Origin: Octopus bimaculoides
Lineage: Eukaryota
Length of the DNA stretch: 46,897 nucleotides
Assembly: GCF_001194135.2 (NCBI RefSeq)
Contig: NC_068984.1
Coordinates: 50,974-97,870, forward strand
Direction of reading: 5' to 3'
In this document: one piece after another, positions 1-12,305 of the stretch
Layout of the letters: each line of letters begins with the position of its first letter
Numbering within the stretch: position 1 is the first letter of the stretch
Made by a program: the position numbers and the translations under genes
Notes under the pieces: generated by a model
Databases searched by the model: none
Seen by the model: the letters and a program-made list of their open reading frames with translations, nothing else
What the model was told of the DNA's origin: nothing

Positions 1-164
1 AGTCGAGCACATTTTTATACTTCAGTTTTTAAGGGTTTCATTGTTATTTACATGAAACCTAATATGTTTGAATGGTACAGATTAGTGATATTACTATACA
101 GCAAGTTCAAATGCTGGAAGACAAAATGTCTTTATTTTGTATTTTAAAATGAAACTGAAACCAT

Positions 165-600
165 CGCATTTCATTGTCTTTACATTACGAGTTCAAATTC
201 CGCCAAGGTCAACTTTGCCTTTTATCCGTTCAGTACCAGTTGTGTACTGGGGTTGATCTAATCGACTGCCCCTCCCCCTCCCCAAAAAGTTTCAGGGCTT
301 GTGCCTAGAGTAGAAAAAAATGTACTGGAGTTGATGTAATTGGCTAACCCTAACCCTTCCCCAAATTTTCAGGTCTGTGCCTATAGCAAAAAGGATTATT
401 ATTATTATTAAGGTGGCAAGTTCGCAGAATTATTACAATGTCTGAAAAAATGCTTTGCAGTATTTCTTCCCACTCATTATATTTGAGTTCCAATTTTGCA
501 GGAGTCAACTTAGCTTTTCATCTTTTCAGGGTTGATAAAATCAGTAGAAGCTGAGCATTGGAGCTGCTATAATCAACTGGCCTTGTGCCGAATTAGAAAT
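165..600 (+). mobile_element. Cluster of tRNA-derived SINE family A copies (partial tandem)
   Basis: B-box GAGTTCAAATTCC, GTCAACTTTGCCTTT...CTGGGGTTGAT...GGCCTTGTGCC motif, (TTA)n tail. The same motifs recur near 20300-20470 (-), 20625-20730, 27445-27520, 29225-29340 and 36750-36915. Confidence 0.75.
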
Positions 601-1949
601 TTATGACAGGTACCTTTGGAAGTATACTTTTGCCACCATGGTTATCATCAAAAGTATAGCATATGTACAGTTATTATATAGCTTTATCAGATTTCTTGGT
701 GCTTATACAAAATGATAAAGTGGATACTAATTTTCAAAAAAAAAAAAAAAGATCCTAAAATATTAAATAAACAAAATGATGCTACTCACTGTTCTGTTTT
801 GCCTACAGAGAGCTTCTTATTTCTCATTTGTATAACTACTCCCACATGTTCTATTGAAGTGGTTCTCTTCTCCACTAACAATGGTAAATTATTTAGGCCT
901 CAGCAGTCACTGAATAAAACTTTGTATTTCCTTCTTTCTAATTGAAATGAATTGTTAATATATTTGATTTTACTTTGTTCTACTGTGAATAACCTGCTCT
1001 ATAATAGAGTAGAAATTATTAGTGTAAAATTGAAACCTAAAACCATGAATTGTTGTACCATGTAAACTACCATAGACACTATAGATCTATAAAATTACTT
1101 TTTACCTGTTTGTATTGTCTGGCAGGGTAGTCCCTCTTTGAGTTAGCTTTAGATACCTTCTTCTGTCAGTGGCCTACTTAAATGTTCTTTGCTAGTTCTT
1201 ACTGAAATTAGTGATGTGATTAATTAAGGTGGCAGACAAACAGAAACATGATCTGTTGCATACACATTAAATGGTTTAGATGAATACTTCAACCACCTCA
1301 TTCTCTTTCAGTTTGGGTGTAGATTTACAATCAGCAAACCAGCTCAAGAATGATTTGAAGATAACAGGTCTATGAGCCACACTTTCTGTGAACTATTGGT
1401 GAATGTATCCAGAAACCATCTTAGGAGTAATTAGGGAGTCTCAGTGACACAACATACATCATTTACCATATCTTTAAATTTTTGTTTTGGCTGATCAGCC
1501 CAATGTGTTACCTAGTTAAATACAACCTTATGGCTCTCGTCTGTCAGGGCTCTTGTGTGCCTTTAGTAGAAATCCTTCTGTTACAAGGCACTTGAACTGA
1601 GCTTCATCAAGATGTTACAACCTTCTCTCAACATACTGACAGAAAAGATTTCTTAGTGGAGGTTCGTTGCCAGCGAGAGTGAGGATCTTGTGAGTCACAG
1701 CTCAGTATTCTCTTCCCCACTGTCTTACCAAGTATAGGTTAGTGACCCAGTGCCACCAACATCCAACTAGGTCACTTGCAGGGATAGAGCTACTGGGGCC
1801 TTGTATTCTTCACTCTGTTCACAAAGAAAACAAACCAAGTAATATGAACGAATGAGATATTGGTCAAAGTACTGTTCAATCCTCAGGTCAGTCCTCCCTT
1901 TTTTTTAATATTCATGGACAAAGTTCTACCTACGTACCATACATTATAT

Positions 1950-2500
1950 CCTACACACACTCCTTTTCAAGAGAGATCTCTCAATCCTAAAAATCCATCT
2001 CTTATGTCAAGGCTATAACTTACTCTCAAACTTCTCTGAAATATGAAATGTCTATCTATACTTCCATTATTTTTTCTCTACCACTCACTCTTCTCTGTCC
2101 TGGATATCAAAAACAAGGACTCGAGTTACTCTCATTCAAACTGTCTCCCTGGACTCCCCAACTGTCACCAACAGTTTGCGCATATCTCTTGAATCAGTTG
2201 AGCCTGTATCCTCAGTGACTTCAACATTTACAATCCTTCTTTCTCACTCTCATGCCCCTTACTTGATGCCACTGGGACAGAAACTGAATTTTCTTCAATT
2301 CACACTTTGTCCTCCTAATGAGTGCCATTCCTTTCACACACAAACACTCCAAATAAGAGACTCTTGGTTGCTTTCTCAGCCCCACACTCAGCTTCTAGAA
2401 AACCCTAACCTCTGCATCTGTCTTCTCAGTTGTCCAGCCACAGCCTTATGCCAACCCATTATACATTACCTCCTAAACAGCCCCACCTTGACCCACATAT
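1950..2500 (+). mobile_element. Decayed APE endonuclease relic (CR1/L2-like LINE)
   Basis: ILSDFNIYN at about 2208-2234 resembles the GDFN motif; otherwise broken. Confidence 0.35.
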
Positions 2501-2559
2501 TTCAAGCTAGCTGAATGGTATGAGCTATGCTAGTTCCATCCTAACCAACCCTGGAAGTG

Positions 2560-3620
2560 CATGTTCTTCACCATCAGAGAAACTAAGCAGATGACTGAAA
2601 CCATCCTCTTAGACAAGTTTTTCCCACATCCCTAAACACATAACACCAAATCCCTGCTGCTGGTCCTCCTATCCCCTTGACCTAAAGGGTCTACATCAAC
2701 TTTACAGTATTCTTCTCTGCCTCCTTTCTTTCTTGTGATGATTCAGTAAGCAGAGAAACATTCACATTTACTGCTTGCTTTGTATCCAATTGCACACATG
2801 ACATAAAACATCCCCACCATTTTCCTTCTCTACATAGCCAAACTCCATATTACATGCTTGCCGTGAATACACTGCCATCCACTTCAAACCAATGAGAACA
2901 CTTCTGGCCATCTCTGACCCCATGGTCCTCAGACAGTTCACTCTGGAACTTATTAAACCCATCAATCTTTGAAAATCTCTTCATAGTACGTTCCATTCCT
3001 AACCATATTCTTCAATATTGTTTCTCTCTCTCTCTCCCACCATTAAGGTTTCTCTCTGATCCAGTCTATCAGAGGTTCAGTTTTACTCATTCCCAGTCAA
3101 CAACCTACTTGCCTTTACTTCCAACATTGCATTCATTCAAGACCTTTTTTCAGCCATGTTTCCCCCACATACAGTCTATACACCTTATACTGAACCTGCC
3201 CTGCCTCCATGAATAATGGATCCTAAAACAGTCTCCTTAATCTCTAGACTTTACTCTCTGCATCTCCCAGACTGACCCTAAGGCAGCCATGTTTCCTCAT
3301 TCTAATACAACAGTGGGGCTTCTATTCCATATAGCAGATTAGTCTTGTATCAACTCAAACTTACCCAACTCTAATGTTTCTACCCCTATCACTCCTTGCC
3401 CTGCATAATCTACTATATATAGCCCTACCTCCCCAGGACATCCATCCCACTAAAATCTTGTTTGGGATTTTTTTTTCTTCTTTGCTTATATTGCAGTTGT
3501 TTATAAACATCAACCGCATCAATCTCACTGGTCTCAGAGCACCATGATAGTACAGCCCCCTCCCCCCATACACACCCCATCTACACTGAACCACCGGAAA
3601 TAATTTTCTGTAGTTCATTG
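2560..3620 (-). mobile_element. Old RTE-like LINE remnant
   Basis: Degenerate C-terminal motif (EFGYVEK, compare WFGHVER) and purine-rich minus strand. Confidence 0.4.
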
Positions 3621-3693
3621 TGGTTATGAAGTTTTGGCCATCAACAAGTAGGTGGGAGACTAATTAGAACAAAATGAAAGTTTTAGAAGTGGT

Positions 3694-4213
3694 ACATTAT
3701 TTACATTTGACGGATATTCGTCCTCATCTTGTTTGTTGTTAACACATCGTTTCGGCTGATATACCCTCCAGCCTTCGTCAGGTGTCTTGGGGAAATTTCG
3801 AACCTGGGTTCTCATTCCTAACGATGTTACTATTATTATATTATTATTATTATTACTATTATTAATCAGGTCGCTGCCGTGAATCGAACTCGGAACCTTG
3901 GGGTTAGTAGCCCNNNNNNNNNNNNNNNNNNNNNNNNNNNNNNNNNNNNNNNNNNNNNNNNNNNNNNNNNNNNNNNNNNNNNNNNNNNNNNNNNNNNNNN
4001 NNNNNNNNNNNNNNNNNNNNNNNNNNNNNNNNNNNNNNNNNNNNNNNNNNNNNNNNNNNNNNNNNNNNNNNNNNNNNNNNNNNNNNNNNNNNNNNNNNNN
4101 NNNNNNNNNNNNNNNNNNNNNNNNACGTTGTGTTAACAACAAACAAGATGAGGACAAATATCCGACAAATGTAAATAATGTAAATAATTCCTCATCTCTT
4201 AAATATAGAACTG
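3694..4213. mobile_element. Inverted pair of a tRNA-headed element with Penelope-type tail, flanked by a 12-bp TSD
   Basis: TTTAGAAGTGGT at 3682-3693 and 4214-4225. The 3694-3749 arm is the reverse complement of the arm starting at 4125. tRNA T-arm/B-box on the - strand at 3876-3893. Confidence 0.75.
3741..3786 (-). ncRNA. Minimal type I hammerhead ribozyme motif (PLE type), this copy mutated at U16.1
   Basis: GACAC-CUGACGA-A-GGCUG(10 nt)CAGCC-GAAA-CGAU-GUGUU. Stem I, core and stem II are all present. Confidence 0.7.
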
Positions 4214-4959
4214 TTTAGAAGTGGTGTTATGCATTAAAAATAACATTACATATTGCTCAGCTTGTTTCATTCCATGTGCCTGACAACAGGTGCCACCCAT
4301 TTTGAGGTTGATTTCCTAAAATTATCAGATAAATCTGAATATAGAATCACAAGAAAACAGTTTTGGCTTTCTTTCTTTCTTTTCTTTTCTTTTTTTTTTT
4401 TACAACATTAAATGTAGTGTTTTTTGTTGTTTTAAGAAGGAACCTATATTAACTGTTAATGCTTTTTTATGTTATTTCTGTAAATTTTTCGTTATCTTCA
4501 AAAATAATTGAAGCAAGGGTGGCATAAAATAGTAACAAAGTGATTAAGATCATTTAAATCAAAACCTTAATCACAATTTCATATTATGCTCTAAACACCA
4601 GATTAATGACAGTTATTGTAACAAAAATTTTGAATCTTAAAATATGTAAAAATATTTCAAATCCATCAAAATTTCACACATTGAAAAATTTCGTTCTGTT
4701 GGACAGGAAGTAATATGGGGGAATACACTGTAACAGTGTGTCACTGCATCCACCGTTTATTAGTGATTTGCCACTCCTGGTGAATGACACTTTTGCACCA
4801 CTGAGGCAATAATCCTTCAACCCATGGCTCTTATTTGGGTAGTCATTGCTGGTGAGGGTTTAATAAGGTGGGAATGCAAATCCTACCTCAACCTTTGTTA
4901 GTCACCTTTTATGACATGCAGAGGAAATGTTAGGTTTATTTTTTAACATGCCAGTCCCT

Positions 4960-5058
4960 ACATAGCACTAGAGTAATGTGAAATGAAGTGTTTTGGTCAA
5001 GGAATCGAACCCACAATCTGATGATTGTGAGTGCAACACCCTAACCACTAGGCCACAC
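4960..5058 (-). mobile_element. tRNA-derived SINE head (family C)
   Basis: A box TGGCCTAGTGG and B box GGGTTCGATTCC on the - strand. Related to 21200-21522. Confidence 0.65.
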
Positions 5059-5134
5059 TCCTTCACATAAATTGACAGACTAGAATAAAAATATAATTAA
5101 CTTTTCCTTTATTTAGAAATGCAGTTCTAGTATC

Positions 5135-5925
5135 ATCATCATCATCATCATCATTTTTATATCTGTTTTTCCATGCTGGCATGAGTTAGATGGGTCCTTA
5201 CCAACACAGCTTCTCATTATTTGTTGTGTTCCTCACCACTATTGTACTCTTCCTAAGTTTCCTTCCACCTGCAATTCCTGGCATTCTTTTATCCATTTCT
5301 TACCATCTACACACAGTCTTTGCTCTTCACACTACAACTCATTCCTCTTATATTTCAGTCCATCTCTTCCATGTTGATGCTCCATGCATTCAGCAGAGTA
5401 TACTTGCTTTATTTATTTATTTGTCTCCATCTATCACACATCTTTTGCATTCAGTGCTAACATCTCATTACCTTGCAACTTTGCACTCAAGCAATGTACA
5501 ATCTATTCTTTGCTCAAAGACAGAAGCCTGATATTGCCAAAAGAAGAAAAAGCTTCCTCAGCATTTACCATTCTATCCTTATTCTAGTCACTATGCTTCC
5601 AATACGCCCTCCTACCGCTGATCTGGTTACCTTGGTAACAAGCTATCACCTAACTTTATGGAACCTACTAATGCTCTTAGTGCTAACCAGTCTTCTCTCT
5701 CAACTACATATGTCTTATTTCACTGTCGGCCTATCTGTGATCCCCAATATCCCTCTTGAAAACCCCTAGTTCACATTGAATACATTATATAGAGCTTCTA
5801 TGCCTGTTCCTTTTATGCATATTGAGCATGGTTATTTCCCTGTTAGTATCAAAGTCTTTTCTACAGGAATTTCAACCATGTTTCGTAGTCTGCTACCACA
5901 ACAGCTCCTTTATAGGATCCAGTTA
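5135..5925 (-). mobile_element. Old RTE LINE 3' fragment
   Basis: (CAT)n tail at about 5135-5153 followed by TTTTCCATGCTGGCATG. Degenerate body is homologous to the other RTE copies. Confidence 0.6.
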
Positions 5926-7990
5926 GCTCAAAACATCATCAGGAGGAACCATGTCCGGTTTCGGCCCCTACTCCTCTACCATTTTGACGTGGCGGGGCCC
6001 CACCTTTCGGAGGTGTCTTCAGCTCGGGTGTTGGGTGCATGTCTTCTTTCTTCTATTCCTTGGCCTCTTCAATGCAGCATCAACGAGTGTCAGCGTCCGA
6101 CTGATTTTCTTGTCAAATTCCCCTTTTTATATCTGCTGCTAGGCTCCAGCAGGCTGCCCCAGCAAGTTGTCATGTGGCACTGTCTAAACTTTAACTGATA
6201 ATGGAGGGCGCGTAATCTTAGCCCACGCATGCTCTAACCGAGACCGTCACCTGTCAATCAGCAAAGCCACTTCACTGTCAGCCTGTCTCACCTAGGCATG
6301 TTATGACTTTCAAGCCATATTCGGTCTTCCCGCTTCAGCCATATATAGAAGCTGGCTTTTTCGACCGCCTCCTGTATCCTCCTTATCAGTTTTCTAAGTT
6401 CCGAGTTTGAAAACGNNNNNNNNNNNNCAATGAAGCCTCTAACCCCCACTGCCAGATGGTAGTACTCGACAGTCCATCCCTGTTCTCTGCACTCTTCGAT
6501 TAGTTTTTCATATCTCTTCTCCTTTCGTTTCTCTGCATTGTCGATGTTTTCTTCCCATGGTACTGTCAGTTCTAGCAAGATTCCTATTCTCCGTTCTGTG
6601 TTCCGTATGACTAAGTCTGGTCTTTTTGTCGTTTTTATAAGTGGAAAAATTGCTAGACTTCCCAAATCCGTGGCCAGATCCCAGTATCCTTTCCATCTTT
6701 CGTCTGTCTCGTATATTTTGTTTGGAGGCCTGATCTTATGTCCTTTTCCCTCCTTCTGGAAGTATATTTTCCTGCGTTTTTCCACTTTGGGGTACTCTCC
6801 CCTATTGTATCCCTCGATCTTCTTGAGTGCTGCGCTTATGACGCCGAGGACTTGATTATGGCGCCATGTATACCGTTCTAGTGCTAGTCTGCAGCTTGAC
6901 AGAACATGTCTCATGGTCGCTCTCTCTCCGCATCCACATTCATCGGTTGTTTTTATGTTCCATCGGACTAAGTTCGCCGGTGAGGGTAGAACGTCGAAGT
7001 TAGACTTGATCAGGAAGGATATTCTTGCTTGTTCCCAAGCCCAAAGATTCTGCGACTGACCACGTATTCCTCCCATCTCAGGCACTGCCCCTGTTGACTA
7101 CATTGCACCAAATGTACATTCCGACTTTCTTCTTCCTCCTTTCTCACTTCGTGCACCACTGCCTCTTTCATCTCTTTTATACTGCTCATGCAAAATAGCC
7201 TGAAATTGTGCGTCCCTAGGCCGGCTCTTGCTTCTTGCGTTGCTCCGACTATATCGGCGTGTCTTAGTATTCCAATCGCCCTGTTTACTGTCTCTTCCGC
7301 ATTCCATTTCCTCCCTGTTCGTACCTTTGGAGGGTTTTCTCGGATGTTCTGATCTTTTGAATACCTTAGCATCATTACTGTCCTCGCCTTTCCTGCTTTA
7401 TATTCTTCGGTGATCGATGCTATTGGAAGTTGCAGCACGGGTTTTCCATATAGTGCAGTTGTATTCAGTGGTTTCGGCAGACCAAGCCATTTTCTGATAA
7501 ACACACTGCATCTTTGTTCTATCCTTTCTACTCTACTTGAGGCTATTTCGTACATTTGCAATGGCCACATTATCCTTGGGTACAGTCCAAATTGCAGTAT
7601 CCAACATTTGAATTTTCTCGGCAGTGTTGTTCTGTCAATTGCCTTTAACCCTTGTTCTACTAACTCGTGTGTCTCTTTCCCTTGCTTCTTATCATTTAAT
7701 AAGTCTCTATACCATCTGCCGAGACCCTTTACTGGTTGTTCTTTCACCGTTGGTATGTCTTCACCTCCTCTCCTGAATTTCACTTCTCCTTGCACTCCTT
7801 TCACGAAAGCCACGCTTCGAGATTTTTTGGCTTTGAATTTCATTCTTGCCCATTCTATCAGTTCATCCAACCGCTCTAACGTTCCCTCTGCTGCTTCTCT
7901 ACTTTCCAATAGTAGAGTGATGTCGTCCATAAAAGCCCTTAATGGTGTCTTTGTAGCAGCTTTCTCACAGTTTGTTTTAGTACTGTGCCA
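5925..7990 (-). mobile_element. 5'-truncated Hero-clade non-LTR retrotransposon (RT end, CCHC knuckle, restriction-like endonuclease, 3' UTR)
   Basis: PLRAFMDD RT motif at about 7920-7945, KWLGLP, CGCGERATMRHVLSSC, RYTWRHNQVL, RPDLV...ELTVPWEE. Two long ORFs (7010-7930, 6288-7085) are joined by one frameshift. Confidence 0.88.
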
Positions 7991-8014
7991 ACTAGCTGAA
8001 GCTGTTATAGAAGG

Positions 8015-8431
8015 CTATTAAGACCAAATGCTCAGGAAAACTGATGAAATGGGTCTTGTTTCATCAGGACAGTGCACCAGCACATCTTTTGTTTCAGTGG
8101 CTGCTATGCATGACTGTACCTTTGAACTGGTTGATCACCATCCTTATTCTCCTGATTTGGCCCCATCTGACTATCGTCCGTCCCCCAAGCATGACGAAAA
8201 CACTTGGTTAGGAACTAGTATCTCAGTGATGCTGATGCCGTATCTACTGTTGATGACTCTACTGTTGATCAACAGGATGAAAGATTCTTCAGCAATGGGG
8301 TCCAAGCACTCAGCACCAATGGAAAGAAGTGTGTAAACTACAAAGAGGACTATGTTGAAAAATAAACCTCATTTGATCACATTCCATGAGAGTATCTCGG
8401 TCAGTCTATGAAGTTTTCGGCTGATCATGCA
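8015..8431 (+). mobile_element. Mariner transposase 3' fragment with right TIR
   Basis: HQDSAPAH, YSPDLAPSDY, W.KCV...DYVEK-stop, followed by a mariner-like terminus. Confidence 0.85.
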
Positions 8432-8469
8432 AGCATGGAAATGTGGACTTTAAAACGATGATATGCACG

Positions 8470-8471
8470 TG

Positions 8472-8504
<33 letters not shown>

Positions 8505-8515
8505 TCATTCACTCA
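8470..8515. repeat. (CA)n microsatellite
   Basis: Direct reading. Similar tracts at 13705-13728, 22645-22735, 30130-30180 (TA), 34905-34930 (CAT), 34988-35040 and 36540-36592. Confidence 0.95.
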
Positions 8516-9380
8516 CTGAACTCTATGAAACGCTTAGAAACGTAAGTCCTCACATTCAGAGTTTAGTTAATACCATTTAAGTCATTGACATTTTCATCAA
8601 CGGTTTCCAGTACGCTTCCCTTTGTAATGATGGTCAGCAAGTTGTAAACCCTACAAATGATTTAATTATATTTCAGGCATAAAATATTTACTCCTGGGCA
8701 CATCTGTATGTTTTACTGTCAACTACAGATGTAGAAGCACCAAGCACCATTCCAATGACCAGAAATATTATTTACAATGAAATGTTCATTGAATATTCTG
8801 CATTTCCATTTGAGATTGAAGATACATCTCAGAGATGCTATTTTTCTTGTAAAGTTGACACACATCCAACAACAACAAAACCAAAACAACATTGGGAGCC
8901 ACTGCTCATTGAAATATAAATAATTCCTAACTAGGTTGTAGTACAGGAGATTGAATTGGTTTTGTTTCATCTCAAGAAAAAGATTGATGCAAAAACATCA
9001 AAACAGAAAAAAGTAAATGTAAAATGCTTGGAAGTAGGTCTGTAAGAATTTTGGGTATTAACATTTAAATTGTTGCATTAAAGTATGTTGTAATGTTCCC
9101 TGCTATGTTTGACAAACCTGAGCTAATTTTAATTAACCTTGGCCATTACTGATTCCAACAGTACAATTTGTAACAATATTTGAATTTGTTTGCAAGTAAT
9201 AGATTATTCTTCTTATTCGCTTTGCTGATCTTTTGACAGTTTGCCTTGGTGTTCTACAACATCAAATTTCAGTGCACAATATTGATTCAGTCTTCTCCCA
9301 ATTCCAGAAGAGAGTATAATTCCCTGAATCACTGAGGACATCTAATAAGACCAAAACATTAAAAAATTACAAGCACTAAC

Positions 9381-9790
9381 AGCACTGTCCAAGCATGATC
9401 ATTGCCAGAGCAGCTGTCTGGCTTCCGTGCTAGTGGCACGTAAATAGCACCATTTGAGCGTAATCATTACCAGCGTCACCTTACTGGCATGTTAGAAAAT
9501 CATTCGAGCGAGGTCGTTGCCAGTGCCGCTGGACTGGCTCCTGTGCATGTGGCACGTAAAAAACACCATTTGTGCGTGGCCGTTGCCAGTGCTGCATGAC
9601 TGGCCCTCATGCCGGTGGCACATAAAAGCACCCACTACCCTCTCAGAGTGGTTGGTGTTAGGAAGGGCATCCAGCTGTAGAAATTCTGCCAGAACAGATT
9701 GGAGCCTGGTGCAGCCATCTGGTTCACCAGTCCTCAGTCAAATCGTCCAACCCATGCTAGCATGGAAAGCAGACGTTAAACGATGATGAA
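9381..9790 (+). mobile_element. RTE LINE 3' UTR fragment with (GAT)n tail
   Basis: GGCACGTAAA units, GAGTGGTTGGTGTTAGGAAGGGCATCCAGC, CATGGAAAGCAGACGTTAAACGATGATGA. Confidence 0.8.
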
Positions 9791-9822
9791 ATCTCACAAT
9801 GAGAGATATTCAGCAACAGTAC

Positions 9823-10037
9823 TTTGGAGTAAAGATTGTTTGCCAACATAACATGGCAGTCCTGGTTTAGGATGAATGTTGCTGTAATTTAGACCCAGGA
9901 GACATGTTCAAAAGTATAATGACACAGATCGTGTTGTATAGCCAGCTGGAAACAATGTCTCCTGGGGCTAAATTACAGCAACATTCGTCCTAAACCAGGA
10001 CTGCTATGTTATGTTGGCAAACAGTCTTTACTCCAAA
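9823..10037. mobile_element. MITE/foldback element with 83-bp terminal inverted repeats
   Basis: 9823-9905 vs 9955-10037 are reverse complements with 4 mismatches. Confidence 0.85.
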
Positions 10038-11063
10038 ACCAAAATATATCTGAAATTGTCTCTTTGCTAAAGGTCAGATATTTTGCCTCTTGTATTATTT
10101 TCAATTTTAAAGCATTGAATTGTTTTGTTTTAATTGTCTCCCTTTGAGCTTAATACAGGAACAACGGAAATTTCCTGGACACTGATTGTCTGGAGATACT
10201 ACTTTAGAAGCAATTACTTCAAATTCCTGTGACTTCCAGACTTGTTTACTGATATCTTGCACAGTGCAGTATTAATTATCATTTATACTAACGTACAAGT
10301 ATTTGTATTTCATTTAATTAAAGGAATTTGATTGTTTAATTTAGAGTGAGGTGACCAACCCTGGTTCAGAAAAATTAGTAATCCAAAAAGGCTTTGGAAC
10401 CAAATGTTCCAGAAAATTGCACTTGTATCGTTTACCATTGAAATCTTGATCTGTGAAAGTTATAATATACACCATGCATGTAATTCACCACTTATTTAAT
10501 GACTGGTTTTGCAACTTGTAAAGAATGTACTTGTTGGCTTTAGAACCATGTAGCTTTAAGTTCAGTTTCAGACTGAGCAATGATTTGGGCAGATTTGGTG
10601 GCAGAAAGCATAGAAATCCCATTGTATGTATGCGTGTTTATTCATCATCGTCGTTAAATGTCCATTTTCCATGCCAACATAGGTTGGACCGTTTGTTAAG
10701 AGCTGACAAACCAGAAAACTGCCAAGTTTTACTGTCATTTTTGACATGATTTCTACAGCTGAATGCCTTCCTAATACGCACACACACACACACACGCGTG
10801 TGTGAGTGATGAATAGGTAGGGATAACTTATACAGGTAGGTACTATACGAGCACTCAATTATAATCTGGGTTCCAACTAACTGCATTAAGTTGAAAGGAG
10901 CACCTAGAATTACTTAAGGTGAGCAATTCCACTGTAATTCATCTGATGGGTAAACCCTGGGTTCACTTTGCTGTATTACAAATATTTTACCAAGTGTATA
11001 TCCAAAACAATTACAATGAATATGGGGATTAGTACATCTGTATATTCTTTGTTTCTACAGTCA

Positions 11064-12305
11064 ATCATCATCATCATCATTTAACATCTATTTTCCATGC
11101 TGGCATGGGTTGGACGGTTTGACAGGAGCTGGCCAGGTTCCATATCTGTTTTGGCATGGTTTCTATGGCTAGAAGCTCTTCATAATGACAACCACTTTAC
11201 AGTGTGCTGGGTGCTTTTATGTGGCACCAGCACCCCATGAGCCCACAAAATTAGGAACACTCATCTGGAGAGGGATGCAGGCAACCATGCTTTTACTTAG
11301 CTTGACGTGTCTTCTCAAACACAGCAAACTACCAAGAGTCTTGGTCCCCTGCAAAACCCAATGTCTGAAGATCCTTTCTCACCACTTCATTCTACGTCTT
11401 CCTGGGTTTACCCATTCCACATGTTTCCTCCACATACTGATTGGCACCTCTTCATACAACTGTCTTTGTTCATGTGCATTACATGACCATTACCAGGGCA
11501 GTATTTTCCCCTGTATGTATATGATGCTTCGTTTACTCAATTTTTCTCTCAAATCGCTCTCTGTCGTATATGCACACTGGCATTACCCATCCAGCAGAAC
11601 ATACCGGCATCATTTCTTTCAAGCTTTTGTATATCCTCAGTAGTCACAGCCCATGTCTAACTGCCATGTAGCACAGCTGTTGGTACACATGTATTGTACA
11701 ATCTGCCTTTCACTCTGAGGGAGAGGCCCTTTGTTACTGACAAAGTAGCTCTCTGAACTTTTCCCAGCCTATTTTTATTCTAGCAACTATGCTTTTGGAA
11801 TAACCTTCACCACTACGAAATTGGTCACCTAAGTAAGAGAAAATGTCTACTAATAAGGATTCCTCCTAACATTTGAGGGGGTCTATTTTTAGTACATTCT
11901 TGGTGTTTAATGTACCTGCACATCTGCTACGTGTAAAATCTACTTTCTCTGTTAATCTTCCAGTGATACCGCTGCACCTTTTATGTGTCTATAGCTTGCA
12001 CTGGATACATATGGAGTTTCTCCTGACACCTTTTCTACATATCATATATCTCCCTGAAGGGATCTGTGACTTGTCTGTTTTTTTACTTATCAAGCCTTTG
12101 GTTTTTGCTAAATTAACTCTAAGACCCTTTGATTCCTGTCCTTGCTTCCATACTGAAATTTCTTCTAGTTTTGGTTGTGATTCAGCAATAAGAACAGGGT
12201 CATCAGCATAGAGGAGCTCCCAAGGGCAGCCAGTCTTAAATTCCTCTGTTATAGCTTGGAGGACTATGATAAACAAGAGGCAAGAGGGCACTTACAACCA
12301 ATCCC
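11064..12305 (-). mobile_element. 5'-truncated RTE LINE
   Basis: ORF 11989-12291: LLFIIVLQAITEEFKTGCPWELLYADD. (CAT)n tail at the left end. Confidence 0.9.

Noticed and set aside
5925-6030. Hammerhead-like words in the Hero 3' UTR (CTGAAGA..GAAA..GTC; GAAAC..CTGATGA)
   Set aside because: Stem I and stem II cannot be formed, and the 15.2-16.2 pair is G-G.
8729-8919. Stop-free 63-codon frame after a CAG (DVEAPSTIPM...LLIEI), in phase with HCF-1
   Set aside because: No recognisable homology, no donor or clean polyA signal. Runs of this length are expected by chance.
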